Shown here one piece after another: positions 1 to 9,800 of a stretch of 61,957 bases of DNA (the stretch's first letter is position 1; every line of letters begins with the position of its first letter). The DNA comes from Euryarchaeota archaeon UBA28. GTDB taxonomy: Archaea; Thermoplasmatota; Poseidoniia; Poseidoniales; Thalassarchaeaceae. Location: the NCBI GenBank assembly GCA_002501605.1, contig DANW01000001.1:1-61957 (forward strand), read 5' to 3'. Made by a program: the position numbers and the translations under genes. The notes beneath the pieces are model-generated. The model saw nothing but the letters and a program-made list of their open reading frames with translations, was not told the origin of the DNA and searched no databases.

Positions 1-5
1 ACACT

Positions 6-82
6 GGACCCATAGTGTAGCCTGGATATCACATGAGCTTGCGGAGCTTGTAACCCGTGTTCGAATCGCGGTGGGTCCGCCA
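6..82 (+). tRNA. tRNA-Arg(GCG), CCA encoded
   Basis: Acceptor stem GGACCCA/TGGGTCC, anticodon loop TT-GCG-GA, T-loop TTCGAAT with CCGTG/CGCGG stem, discriminator G then CCA. Confidence 0.95.
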
Positions 83-83
83 C

Positions 84-257
84 TCACTCGCTCAATTTGT
101 CCAACTCTTGTGCATACAATATCAGTGTTGGCGCCCAGAGCCCGACGAAAATGCCTAGCATTTCATCGCCACCGTTGTATGAGAAATAGATGTAAATTGA
201 TGCAGCAATAGAAACAGCACTCGCCGCCAAACCAACTTTTGTCATTTTTCCAGTCAT
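84..257 (-). CDS. small membrane protein, 57 aa (not in the ORF track)
   Basis: Hand translation MTGKMTKVGLAASAVSIAASIYIYFSYNGGDEMLGIFVGLWAPTLILYAQELDKLSE; two hydrophobic segments; GGAGG SD at 264-268 (minus strand). Confidence 0.8.
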   Translation of the reverse strand: MTGKMTKVGLAASAVSIAASIYIYFSYNGGDEMLGIFVGLWAPTLILYAQELDKLSE

Positions 258-325
258 ATTCAACCTCCGTTAATACCCAATCATCGACGGTAAAATACAT
301 TTGTCATATCCCATACCGTCATTTC

Positions 326-745
326 GTGCCCTTCTCATCATCCAGGAGAGTCGACTTTCCAATGGTCGATTTAGCTAAAATCATGTACTATCCTAGATTT
401 TGGGATTTAGCACATAGATTCTATGAGGAGTCATGGGAATACTCCTGCAAGAGACACTACAATGAAATCCTAAGTGAGGAGGGAATCGGATTTCCTCTGG
501 TCCATAGTGTAGCGGAGTTCCATCATCCACTTTGTTACGGAGATACGGTCAATTGCGAGATTTCAGTGGTCAATATCGGTGAGTCCTCGATAACATGGAA
601 GTATGAATTCCGCAATCAGTTCGAAGTACTGTGTTGGTCAGCCGATCAAGTCACAGTTTGTGTCGAGATGGACCAGATCAGGTCAAAGATTCCAGTGCCT
701 GATTGGATGAGAGAAGCACTCACGGAGAAAATGCTAGTCAATTAG
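326..745 (+). CDS. acyl-CoA thioesterase (4HBT/YbgC hotdog family)
   Basis: RVDFPMVDLAKIMYYPRF, FPLVHSVAEFHHPLCYGD and IGESSI motifs; GTG at 326 preferred because the ORF-track extension overlaps the opposite small gene. Confidence 0.85.
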   Translation: MPFSSSRRVDFPMVDLAKIMYYPRFWDLAHRFYEESWEYSCKRHYNEILSEEGIGFPLVHSVAEFHHPLCYGDTVNCEISVVNIGESSITWKYEFRNQFEVLCWSADQVTVCVEMDQIRSKIPVPDWMREALTEKMLVN

Positions 746-1147
746 TCACTCGTCTTCTCGTGGCCACTTCTTGGTCAGTGCCTTCCTTAGATCGTCATTC
801 ATGCGAGCATCCCACCAATTCGCATTTCTCCAAATTGCATACCGCCCCCTTATGCCTCGAAGATCGGCCCCATCTAACTTGGTACCTTGAAAATTGGATA
901 GGTTCATTTTCGCCTTTAGAAAAATCGCATCACGCATATCTGCGTTATCGAATGAGGCCTTCATCAGATTTGCACCCTTGAACGACGCCCTCCTCAAGTC
1001 TGCTCCAGAGAGATCGGCTCCTTCCAGATCAGCTCTATCAAAAACAGCCCTCCTTAGATCAGCCCCCGAAAGGTCCACGCCCCTGAGGTCTTCGCCTATA
1101 TGAGAGGTGTATGACCAGTCTTTGGGTTCTTCAGACATGCTACTCAC
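746..1147 (-). CDS. pentapeptide repeat protein
   Basis: Tandem A(D/N)Lxx repeats (VDLSG ADLRR AVFDR ADLEG ADLSG ...). Confidence 0.92.
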   Translation of the reverse strand: MSSMSEEPKDWSYTSHIGEDLRGVDLSGADLRRAVFDRADLEGADLSGADLRRASFKGANLMKASFDNADMRDAIFLKAKMNLSNFQGTKLDGADLRGIRGRYAIWRNANWWDARMNDDLRKALTKKWPREDE

Positions 1148-1697
1148 CGATAGACAGGTCTTCGAGATAATCGAGCCCTGCGTCGGTCAAAATGACGAAT
1201 CTATTCTTCTCTTCAGAGTTCGCGGGATACGTCAGAAGAGGTCCCTTACCTCGCCCAGTTGTCCCTCCCTCAATCATTCTATTGATGTACAAAGAGAGGT
1301 TCCACTTCTCTACCTCTTCCTCCGTCCACCTACCTGTCTGAGATATCAGCCTCCTTATTTCCCTAGGAGGGGTGTTGGACTCCCTTTCGACCGACCTGAG
1401 ATAGTGAATGCATGCAAGTATGACATCCCCCGTCTTGTGAATTCCGCATGAGCTTAGAAGGTGCCCAAATGAAGACCCCCTCTCTGGTATTTTCGCATCT
1501 AGAGCAGATCTTGTAGCAGCCTCTATTGCTGTGTCCCTTGCCTTCCTGATCTTTGAAAGAGAGGATTGCCAGGTATCCGTCTTGAGTATTTTACCAAGAT
1601 TTGTTATCATCTCCTCGTCACTGCCAGTAAGATCAATCTCCTCAGATCCCACCCTGATGAAAATGCGTCCCATCGGGCCTGAGTCCTGAACTTCCAC
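1140..1697 (-). CDS. hypothetical protein, probable C-terminal winged helix
   Basis: 185-aa ORF overlapping the next gene by 8 nt; ends NLSLYINRMIE...FVILTDAGLDYLE, typical of a wHTH wing. Confidence 0.65.
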   Translation of the reverse strand: MEVQDSGPMGRIFIRVGSEEIDLTGSDEEMITNLGKILKTDTWQSSLSKIRKARDTAIEAATRSALDAKIPERGSSFGHLLSSCGIHKTGDVILACIHYLRSVERESNTPPREIRRLISQTGRWTEEEVEKWNLSLYINRMIEGGTTGRGKGPLLTYPANSEEKNRFVILTDAGLDYLEDLSIGE

Positions 1698-1823
1698 AGA
1701 TGTGGCTGATTAGGGGGTTATTTGAAGTTATTTTTTCTTCGTATTCTGTAACACAGGTTAATAGCAATAGAACCTACGTGATTGAAACGAGATATTGAAA
1801 TGCATCCGCCTAGAGGAGCATCT

Positions 1824-2591
1824 GTGTCCGGAGAGTCCAACAATGCTTATCCTCTGGTTTTGCATACCGATGCTGACCCTTCAACACTCGGGGGCATTGC
1901 TGTATGTGGATTCTCCACCGTTGGTTCAGTAGGGGTGATAGCAGCATCGCACCTCATAAGATCACTCGATCTGTCTCCAATGGGGACCGTAATGCACCCT
2001 AAATTTCCCGCAATAGCGTTGATCCATGATTCAGTACCAAAACACCCTGTCAGAGTCTATCAGGGTGATGGACTGGGAGTATTCACCTCAGAGATTCAGT
2101 TTCCTCCAGAAAATGACGCCTATTTCGGTGAGACTGTCTTGGAATGGTTCACTAAGGGAGGTTTCGAGAGGCTCTACGTAGTCGACGGTGTAATAAGTAA
2201 CGACCTTGGAATAAAGGAGGACAGCGACCTTTGGGGAGTCTCTTCCAAACCAATAGGTCGTGAGGCCCTTGATAGTGCTGGGATAAATAGGATTCAGAAT
2301 GGCATTGTTTCTGGTATAACCGGTTATCTGATCGCTGAGGGCGAAAGAAGGGGACTTGAGATAACTGCTCTCCTTGCGGAATGCAACCCGATGTATCCAG
2401 ATGCCAGAGCGGCGCTGATAGCTATTGACGGATTGAGTGATCTGATGGATATGGAGATACCAGTGCAGGAGCTTCTGGAAGATGCCAAGGAAATAGAGCA
2501 GAAAGTAAGAGAGGCTTTCGAGAGAGCACAGTCAACCGCTCTTCCAGCCCCCGGTCCAGACGATGAAGACGATGTCCCAATGATGGTCTGA
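1824..2591 (+). CDS. PAC2-family proteasome assembly chaperone
   Basis: GFSTVGSVGVIAASHL, YPDARAA, ELLEDAKEIE, acidic tail; GTG start after GAGGAG. Confidence 0.88.
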   Translation: MSGESNNAYPLVLHTDADPSTLGGIAVCGFSTVGSVGVIAASHLIRSLDLSPMGTVMHPKFPAIALIHDSVPKHPVRVYQGDGLGVFTSEIQFPPENDAYFGETVLEWFTKGGFERLYVVDGVISNDLGIKEDSDLWGVSSKPIGREALDSAGINRIQNGIVSGITGYLIAEGERRGLEITALLAECNPMYPDARAALIAIDGLSDLMDMEIPVQELLEDAKEIEQKVREAFERAQSTALPAPGPDDEDDVPMMV

Positions 2592-3164
2592 TTAGTAGAA
2601 AGGATTCTCCCCAGCGGAATGATCTGTCGCGTCAATTACCTCAGAGATCGATGGTACATTGTCCTTAATCATGCTCTCAACGCCTTGCTTCAGGGTCACA
2701 TCCGCCATACCGCACCCCTGACACCCGCCACCGAATACGATAACCGCTTTTCCATCTTCAACTCCCATTAGCTCCACGTGCCCACCATGCGAAGCTACTG
2801 CTGGATTGACCTCACTTTCAATTATCTCCGCCACAGCTTTTGATATATCATCCATCCACAAGGGATTAGGATTGTCGAAACTGAAACCACCACCCATGAG
2901 TGTCTCTTGGTAGTCAAGTGTCGTCCCGTCGATGTACTTGGCACTCCGTGGATCAATGAACACACGCATGCCGTCCACATTGATTTCATGGTCCCCTTCT
3001 TTGGAATCCTTACTCTCGATGAATTGCAAATCGTATTGGAAGCCATTGCGACTCCTTCCGGTAATCTCAACCCGAAGGCACACCTCATCAATCTCGTCAG
3101 CGGCTTCAGCGAATTGATCAAGCATTTCCCTAGCCTTGGGACTGAAACTCAGCATATCTTTCAC
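2592..3164 (-). CDS. nfuA: Fe-S cluster carrier NfuA (degenerate A-type domain + Nfu domain)
   Basis: LDYQETLMGGGFSFDNPN; VNPAVASHGG; GGGCQGC; IDATDHSAGENPFY. Confidence 0.92.
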   Translation of the reverse strand: MKDMLSFSPKAREMLDQFAEAADEIDEVCLRVEITGRSRNGFQYDLQFIESKDSKEGDHEINVDGMRVFIDPRSAKYIDGTTLDYQETLMGGGFSFDNPNPLWMDDISKAVAEIIESEVNPAVASHGGHVELMGVEDGKAVIVFGGGCQGCGMADVTLKQGVESMIKDNVPSISEVIDATDHSAGENPFY

Positions 3165-3236
3165 TCACCGTAGCACTGGGTCATTCTTCAAGGCTTGCTC
3201 AGGTACCACTATCACTAAACGTCCCTTGGAGGTATC

Positions 3237-4235
3237 GTGACGGCCGCAGATTTGAGGGATTCCTTTGGAAGACCATTGCGTGATCTGAGGATTTCAGTAA
3301 CTGACAGATGTAATTTCAGATGCACATACTGTATGCCCAAGGAGATTTTCGGGAAGGACTTCCCATTCATGCCTAAAGACAACATAATGACATTTGAGGA
3401 GATAGATAGGTTAGCTGGAATTTTCATCTCTCTAGGAGTCAAGAAGATTCGATTGACAGGCGGAGAGCCTTTACTGCGGAGAAATATCCACCAACTGATT
3501 TCAATGCTATCTTTGAGAGATGTAGAGGTGGCAATGACAACGAACGGTGTTCTTTTGCCCCGTTATGCCCCCTCTCTCTCAGCAGCAGGATTGGATCGTA
3601 TCACTGTAAGCTTAGATGCACTAGATGAATCCACATTTGCCACAATAACCGATTCTGGACACACAGTAGCCGCTGTTTTGGCTGGAATAGAAGCCGCAGA
3701 ATCTGTTGGCCTCGGACCAATCAAAATTAATACGGTCGTCAAAAGAGACATCAATGAGGACGAGATTCTACAATTAGTAGAAAGGTTCTCAGACAGGGAC
3801 ATAGCAGTCCGATTCATAGAATACATGGATGTCGGCAATTCTAATGGATGGAGTATGGATGACGTAGTAAGTGCCGAGGAAATAAGGGAGGCAATAGGCG
3901 ATCTTAGTGAAATCCCTGCAAATAACCCAAGTGATGTTTCTAAGAATTATCGCTTACCCAATGGAGGAGAGGTAGGGATAATATCAAGCGTAACTGAGCC
4001 CTTCTGCAACGAGTGTACACGAGCTCGAATAAGTTCGGATGGCAAGCTATTCACGTGTCTATTTTCCAATAGAGGATTGGACATCCTGTCGTTGATGAGG
4101 GATGGTAAAGACGATACTGAAATTTCTAACACAATAAAACAAATCTGGAAATCAAGAGACGACAGATACTCCGAAATCCGTAGCCATAAATCATCCATTG
4201 CAGACAGAGTCGAGATGTCTTACATCGGTGGTTGA
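3237..4235 (+). CDS. moaA: GTP 3',8-cyclase MoaA
   Basis: LRISVTDRCNFRCTYCMP, RLTGGEPLLR, FCNECTRAR...FTCLF, C-terminal MSYIGG. Confidence 0.96.
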   Translation: MTAADLRDSFGRPLRDLRISVTDRCNFRCTYCMPKEIFGKDFPFMPKDNIMTFEEIDRLAGIFISLGVKKIRLTGGEPLLRRNIHQLISMLSLRDVEVAMTTNGVLLPRYAPSLSAAGLDRITVSLDALDESTFATITDSGHTVAAVLAGIEAAESVGLGPIKINTVVKRDINEDEILQLVERFSDRDIAVRFIEYMDVGNSNGWSMDDVVSAEEIREAIGDLSEIPANNPSDVSKNYRLPNGGEVGIISSVTEPFCNECTRARISSDGKLFTCLFSNRGLDILSLMRDGKDDTEISNTIKQIWKSRDDRYSEIRSHKSSIADRVEMSYIGG

Positions 4236-5551
4236 TGCTCCAATGATATATCTACGATATCGTCCCAGCTAGCATCAGTTTTGAATGAGGGCTTACCATA
4301 GTGGGCCAAGGAGGCTCTATGCCCAATCTTCCTCAGCTCCTCGACCATAAGCGTGGGACTGGGAGGAGACCCAATCCCCAACCAGCTGGATAGATCATCT
4401 ACCAAGATATGGTGAGCGGCGTCGATTACAGACCCCTCTGATTCAATATTCCTGACAGACCTTAGAACCCTACGCTTCTCCATCTCAAAATCCCTCTTTG
4501 ACCATCCCGCTATGTCCTCATCTTCATACTCAGCAACACACATCTTCATTGCCTTCGACTCAGTCATTGAACGCATAGCTCCCTTGTCCCCCAGGCTTCC
4601 AACCCATAGCGGTCCAGAAACACGAGGGTCCCTACGATTAACAGGGAACGAAAGTGGCAGTAAACAAGTCATGGGGAGGCTGTCCATTGAAAGCTCCGGA
4701 TGTAATCCGTATTCGACGGAACACTCTACCTCTCCCTCAGTAGGGGAATGCACCCTCCATCCGAGTCCTTCCTCCATCAAATTCGCCCCCTCCTTGCTTC
4801 TTATTACCCGGGAAGAAACTCTTAGGTGATGAGAGTCCCAAATGGAAAGTAAAGGCTCTATGGCACGATCATGCCTCGCGGCGGCTCTAGCAAGATTCCC
4901 CATCATCACTCTCAGAGCCGAGTCGTGTGCCAATCCATCTACCCTCACCCTGGAACCATATCTACGAAGCATCGCCCCTCTAGAAGATCCCGTCAGAGCG
5001 GCTGTATCCGTAGCGCTAACTTCGATGACTCCACTTCTGGCAAGAGACTGTAGCGAAACATCCAGAAACGGAAGAGGGGAGCCGAAGGGATCGATATCCA
5101 CCCAGTGACGACCGTGTGCCAGAACTATCTTCCTGAGGTCCCCCACAGAACTTGTCAGGGATCCCTTCCCATGTACCGGAGGAAACTCATCATGGCTCCT
5201 CATTGCCCAGCTAAGAGAATTCTCATCCAAATCAGAAATTGCCACATCCAATCTCTCCGCCTTGTTCGCAGGGAGCTCATTTAACCACCTTCTAGCCCGT
5301 ATCCCAGAAGCCGCTAATCCATCCAATGCATACACAGTTCCTTGCCCTAGCATCCCACTCTCCATGGCGTAGTCCAATAGAAGCACGCTCCTCGTTCTAC
5401 TTCCGGACATTGCGGGATTCAGAAAAACGCCCCCTCCCCTTCTTGAAACGGGCCCAGACCTACTGGAATCCGGTGCCATGGATACCCTCGTTAGAGTCCT
5501 CCCCTCTCTGTGGACGACACCCGGCCAATCCTCGGATACATCCTCACTCAT
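4220..5551 (-). CDS. trm1: tRNA (guanine26-N2)-dimethyltransferase Trm1
   Basis: VFLNPAM..R, LDGLAASGIRARR, VDIDPFGSP, SATDTAAL, GPLWVGSL, FKTDA. Confidence 0.9.
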   Translation of the reverse strand: MSEDVSEDWPGVVHREGRTLTRVSMAPDSSRSGPVSRRGGGVFLNPAMSGSRTRSVLLLDYAMESGMLGQGTVYALDGLAASGIRARRWLNELPANKAERLDVAISDLDENSLSWAMRSHDEFPPVHGKGSLTSSVGDLRKIVLAHGRHWVDIDPFGSPLPFLDVSLQSLARSGVIEVSATDTAALTGSSRGAMLRRYGSRVRVDGLAHDSALRVMMGNLARAAARHDRAIEPLLSIWDSHHLRVSSRVIRSKEGANLMEEGLGWRVHSPTEGEVECSVEYGLHPELSMDSLPMTCLLPLSFPVNRRDPRVSGPLWVGSLGDKGAMRSMTESKAMKMCVAEYEDEDIAGWSKRDFEMEKRRVLRSVRNIESEGSVIDAAHHILVDDLSSWLGIGSPPSPTLMVEELRKIGHRASLAHYGKPSFKTDASWDDIVDISLEHQPPM

Positions 5552-5592
5552 GCTAGTCGGAGGCACCCATAACTCAAGGTATTGACTGCTAA

Positions 5593-6690
5593 TCAGTACG
5601 TATCGAATCTTACAGCTGGATCTAAATGAGTGACAACCCTGCCATTATCAGTGACTTTGCCGACGATAGCCGATCCAGGGACCCTTTCTGAAATCCAATC
5701 CAAAATCGATTCGGAGACTTCCTTGGAAACCGCGATGACCATTCCCATGCCCATGTTGAAAGTACGATACATTTCACGGATTTCTATCGAACCCATCTCC
5801 TGAATCCATGAGAACTCTTCCAATACGGGGAGTGGAGAATCAATGTGCCAACCTAGAGAGTCATGGAGTCGTAATAGATTGGATAGCCCACCACCTGTGA
5901 CATGGCATATCGCGTGAATGCACGAAGCATCACACGGGCCATCCCGAATCAGATCAACTATTGGGTCACAATAGATACGTGTAGGATTCAAGAAAACTTC
6001 CCCAAGGGTCAACTCCCCTTGCCTAAATCTCTCGACCCTACCATCCTCGACACTGAAAGGAGCGATATCATCCCAAGAGGCATCACAATGATCTACAACT
6101 CTGCGAACCAAAGAAAAGCCGTTGGAATGAACTCCAGAAGACGGCAATCCGATCAATACATCCCCCTCCTGAAGGGTTTCGCCCGTGATTTCCGATCCCC
6201 TATCAAGCCACCCGAGAGCAGTACCTGACAGGTCAAGCTCATTCACGATACCGGGAAGACTCGCAGTTTCCCCCCCTGCTAGAGTGACTCTGGCTCTGCG
6301 ACATGCCTCAGTTAGGCTTCTTCCGATAGCGGCATGAACCTCAGGATTTGGCCTTGGAACGGCTATGTAATCCACGAACGCAATTGGCTCTGCCCCCACA
6401 CATAGCAAGTCATTGACGTTCATCGCCATGCAGTCTATACCAACACCAGCCCAATGGCCAACCTGGTTTGCAACAGTCAACTTACTACCAACACCGTCGG
6501 TTGCCAAAGCAAGATACTTTTCCCCAAACTCAACTAAGCCACCAAAACCCCCGGGAAGATCGACAGGAGCGCCAATGCTCCCCTTTGGTCTGGATGAGAG
6601 ACTCAATGCTCCCACGAGCGCCCCCACTGCTTTGCCTTCCAGATCGATATCTACCCCACTACTTGCATAGTCCATGGGCCTTGCACTCAC
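5593..6690 (-). CDS. purM: AIR synthetase PurM
   Basis: YASSGVD, TDGVGSK, GGETA, SSGVHSNGFSLVR, HVTGGG, MYRTFNMG; start GTG 6690 or ATG 6675. Confidence 0.96.
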   Translation of the reverse strand: MSARPMDYASSGVDIDLEGKAVGALVGALSLSSRPKGSIGAPVDLPGGFGGLVEFGEKYLALATDGVGSKLTVANQVGHWAGVGIDCMAMNVNDLLCVGAEPIAFVDYIAVPRPNPEVHAAIGRSLTEACRRARVTLAGGETASLPGIVNELDLSGTALGWLDRGSEITGETLQEGDVLIGLPSSGVHSNGFSLVRRVVDHCDASWDDIAPFSVEDGRVERFRQGELTLGEVFLNPTRIYCDPIVDLIRDGPCDASCIHAICHVTGGGLSNLLRLHDSLGWHIDSPLPVLEEFSWIQEMGSIEIREMYRTFNMGMGMVIAVSKEVSESILDWISERVPGSAIVGKVTDNGRVVTHLDPAVRFDTY

Positions 6691-6867
6691 AGCACAGCCA
6701 CAAGCCCCCAGTTCATGATTTTCTTGGTCGGACTGCCACACTACATCTCTGCAAATAAAAAATAAGACTAAGCCCTGTTTTTCCAAAAAACCCGATTTTT
6801 TGACTTTTTTTAGCGAATCTCTATAACATATATACTGCGTCGTGCAGGCACTGGAACGTGAGTTTCT

Positions 6868-9800
6868 ATGAAGAACAACAAGATGATTGCAATGATGCTT
6901 ACCATGAGCATGCTGGCGGCAGCTTTCGCCGGATGCCTTGGTGGGGACGATGAAGTTGACACACCAGACTGGTCCATTTCGATGGCCAGCGACGTTAGTG
7001 CAGACTTCGTGGAGTCCGCTTGGGACCCCATAATCCCCAACCTGAATGCCGGCGATATGTGCGACGCCATCATATCGGCGATGACGAAGACTGACGAGCG
7101 AGAGCAAGCTGTCGACTTCACCAGGGCCTACTACACAAGTAGCCAGGGTGTAATCGGTGGATCTGGCGTCGCTTCCATCAGTGAAGTCGCAGACCTGAAT
7201 GTAGCAGGCACCACAATAGGCGTACAGTCCGGAACCACCTCGGATTTGTATGCTCAGGATAACCTAGGTGCAGCTACTATTAGTGCGTATGACGACTTCC
7301 CTTCAGTAATTGCCGCTTTGAACAACGGTGACGTACACTATGCAATGGGTGACGCACCCGTTCTGTCACTAGAGGGAACCCTGATGGTTACCTTCTCAGA
7401 TGAGAACTTCGGTATGGCTGTCCAGGGAGATTCCTCCGGGGAGCTATTGGGCGCGCTCAACATGGCCATTGGTGCACTGGTCGACTCTGGTGAGTACGAC
7501 CTGATTTACGGAGCCCACTTCGATGGAGCTGTAACTCTGGCCGATGATACCACAATGGACACTGCCACTTCCTACCCAGTACCAACTGAGGGAAGCGACC
7601 TAACAGTAGTTCTTGAGTCTGGGAGCCTAAGGCTTTGCACAGACCCGTTCTACCCTCCATTCGAGAGTTACGATGACACCGGTGCTGTCGTAGGCTTCGA
7701 CGCTGACATAGCTCACGCTGTGGCAGACGAAATCGCAGCACACTACATGGGAGCAGAAAACCCAATGTTCATTCCACCCGTCGTGGAAGAGCCAGCCGTG
7801 ACAATCAAGCTAGGATTCTTGAATGACGCAACAGGGCCTATCGCTCAGTTCGCCGCTCCATTCACCTTTGCATGGGGAGCAGCAATGGATGACCTAAACG
7901 CAATGGGTGACGACTATGTCTTCGAGATTATCGAGGCAGACTCCGGATGTGACGGTACAATGGCTGGTACAGCAGCCCAGTCCCTTGTGGACGCCGGTGT
8001 TGTAGCAGTAGCCGGTGCAGCATGCTCCGGTGCTTCGATCGGTGCTAACGCCATCCTCTCAGCAGCAGGAATCCCGATGATCTCCTACGCGAGCACATCA
8101 CCTGCTCTGAGCGACGCAACTGCATACCCCCACTTCTACAGGATTGTACCAAGCGACGCACTACAGGGACAGGCGGCAGCTGACATGATCATGGCAAGTG
8201 GAGTTTCCAACACCGCTGTCGTTCACATGACAAACGCATATGGATCGGGTCTAGCGGATGCTGTCGCAGCTAACCTAGGTGCTGACAATGTCTGCCTACA
8301 GTCAGGGTACGAAGAGACCACAACCGACTTCCAGGCTGCAGTACAAGCAGTCATGGATTCAGGATGCGACTCAGTCTTCCTCGGTTCATATGCCTCAGAC
8401 GGCGCGATGATCGTCGAGACCATGGCAGTCATGGGCGCTACTATACCAATCTTCAGCGCTGATGGAATGGCTGGATCGGCAGCACTTGAGGAGTACACCA
8501 ACCCAGCTGCGGCAAATGGAATCGAGGTCACAAGGCCAAGAGCCGCTGCGGCAGGTGCAGGCGTTTTCGCGGCTGCTTGTTCAGCTGACTCAGTCTGCCA
8601 GACTGGAATCTTCACTTCCGAAGCGTACGACGCAGTAATGATGCTCGGTCACGCAGCAATGATGGAGGACGGAGAGAACATGGGCATGCACGTGCCCATG
8701 GTAGGCGTTGATTACGCTGGAGACAGTGGTACTCACACGTTCCTAGACAACGGTGATGTCGGAGGATCCGGATATGATGTCTGTACCTTCCACCATGTCC
8801 CAACATTTGGAGAGTACTTCAACTGTGACAGGATGTGGGAAGCTGGAGGCGACGGAGTCGCTGACGTACCTTGGACCGGAGCTACAATCAAGATTGGATT
8901 CTTGAACGACGCCACTGGACCAATCGCAGTTTACGCAGACGGATTCGTGGCTGCATCGCAGATCACGCTGGGTCTCGCCAACACTCTGGCATACAGTCAG
9001 GGAGTGCAGTTCGAGATAGTCTACGCAGACTCAGGTTGTGATGGTACAATGGCCGCATCCGCAGCTCAGACCCTTGTTGATGCAGGCGTATGGGGAGTAG
9101 TCGGAGCAGCATGCTCCGGAGCTTCCATGGCCGCCAACTCGGTACTTTCCGCTGCTGGAATCCCGCAGGTGTCCTACGCAAGCACTAGCCCAGCGCTCTC
9201 TGACGCAACACAATACCCGTCCTTCTACCGTGTCGTCCCAAGCGATGCGTTCCAGGGATCGGTCGTCGCTGATGTCATGACTGCGGACATGCAAGACAAT
9301 GTCGCAGTTATCCACATGACGAATGCATACGGATCTGGACTAGCTGACGCATTCGTCGGCAGCATGGACGCAGGCCACATCTGCACACAGATCGGATACG
9401 AGGAGACAGCTACTGACTTCACGTCCATTGTGAGCACAGTGGTCAGCGAGGGATGTACCTCAGCCATGCTTGTGTCCTATGCAGCAGATGGAGCAGCTCT
9501 GATTGAGGAGATGGCACTTCAAGGATTCACAGGAGCTATCTACGGAGCAGACGGGATTGCAGAGGAAGGACTAGCAGCCGATATGGCCGACAAGTCCCTA
9601 GTAGACGGCGTTATCGCCACAAAGCCATCAGCCGGTGGCGCAATGTCGACAGTGGGCATGGTCTTCGCCGCACAGTGTGCCGCTAACCCTGCTTGCGCTG
9701 GCGGTATCTACACCGCTGAGGCATTCGATGCTGTTTACATCACAGCATTCGCCGCCTTCACACAGCTAGCAACCCCCGGTATTACCAAGGATATGGCAAT

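Noticed and set aside
1-1700. tRNA as integration site of an island
   Set aside because: No integrase and no duplicated tRNA 3' end seen; downstream genes look chromosomal
4220-4235. Convergent 3' overlaps (moaA/trm1; also livF/esterase)
   Set aside because: Common in compact genomes; no sign of a special mechanism
6691-7107. 139-aa N-terminal extension of PurM in the ORF track
   Set aside because: Crosses the AT-rich promoter spacer and runs antisense to the binding-protein gene; PurM similarity starts at MDYASSG
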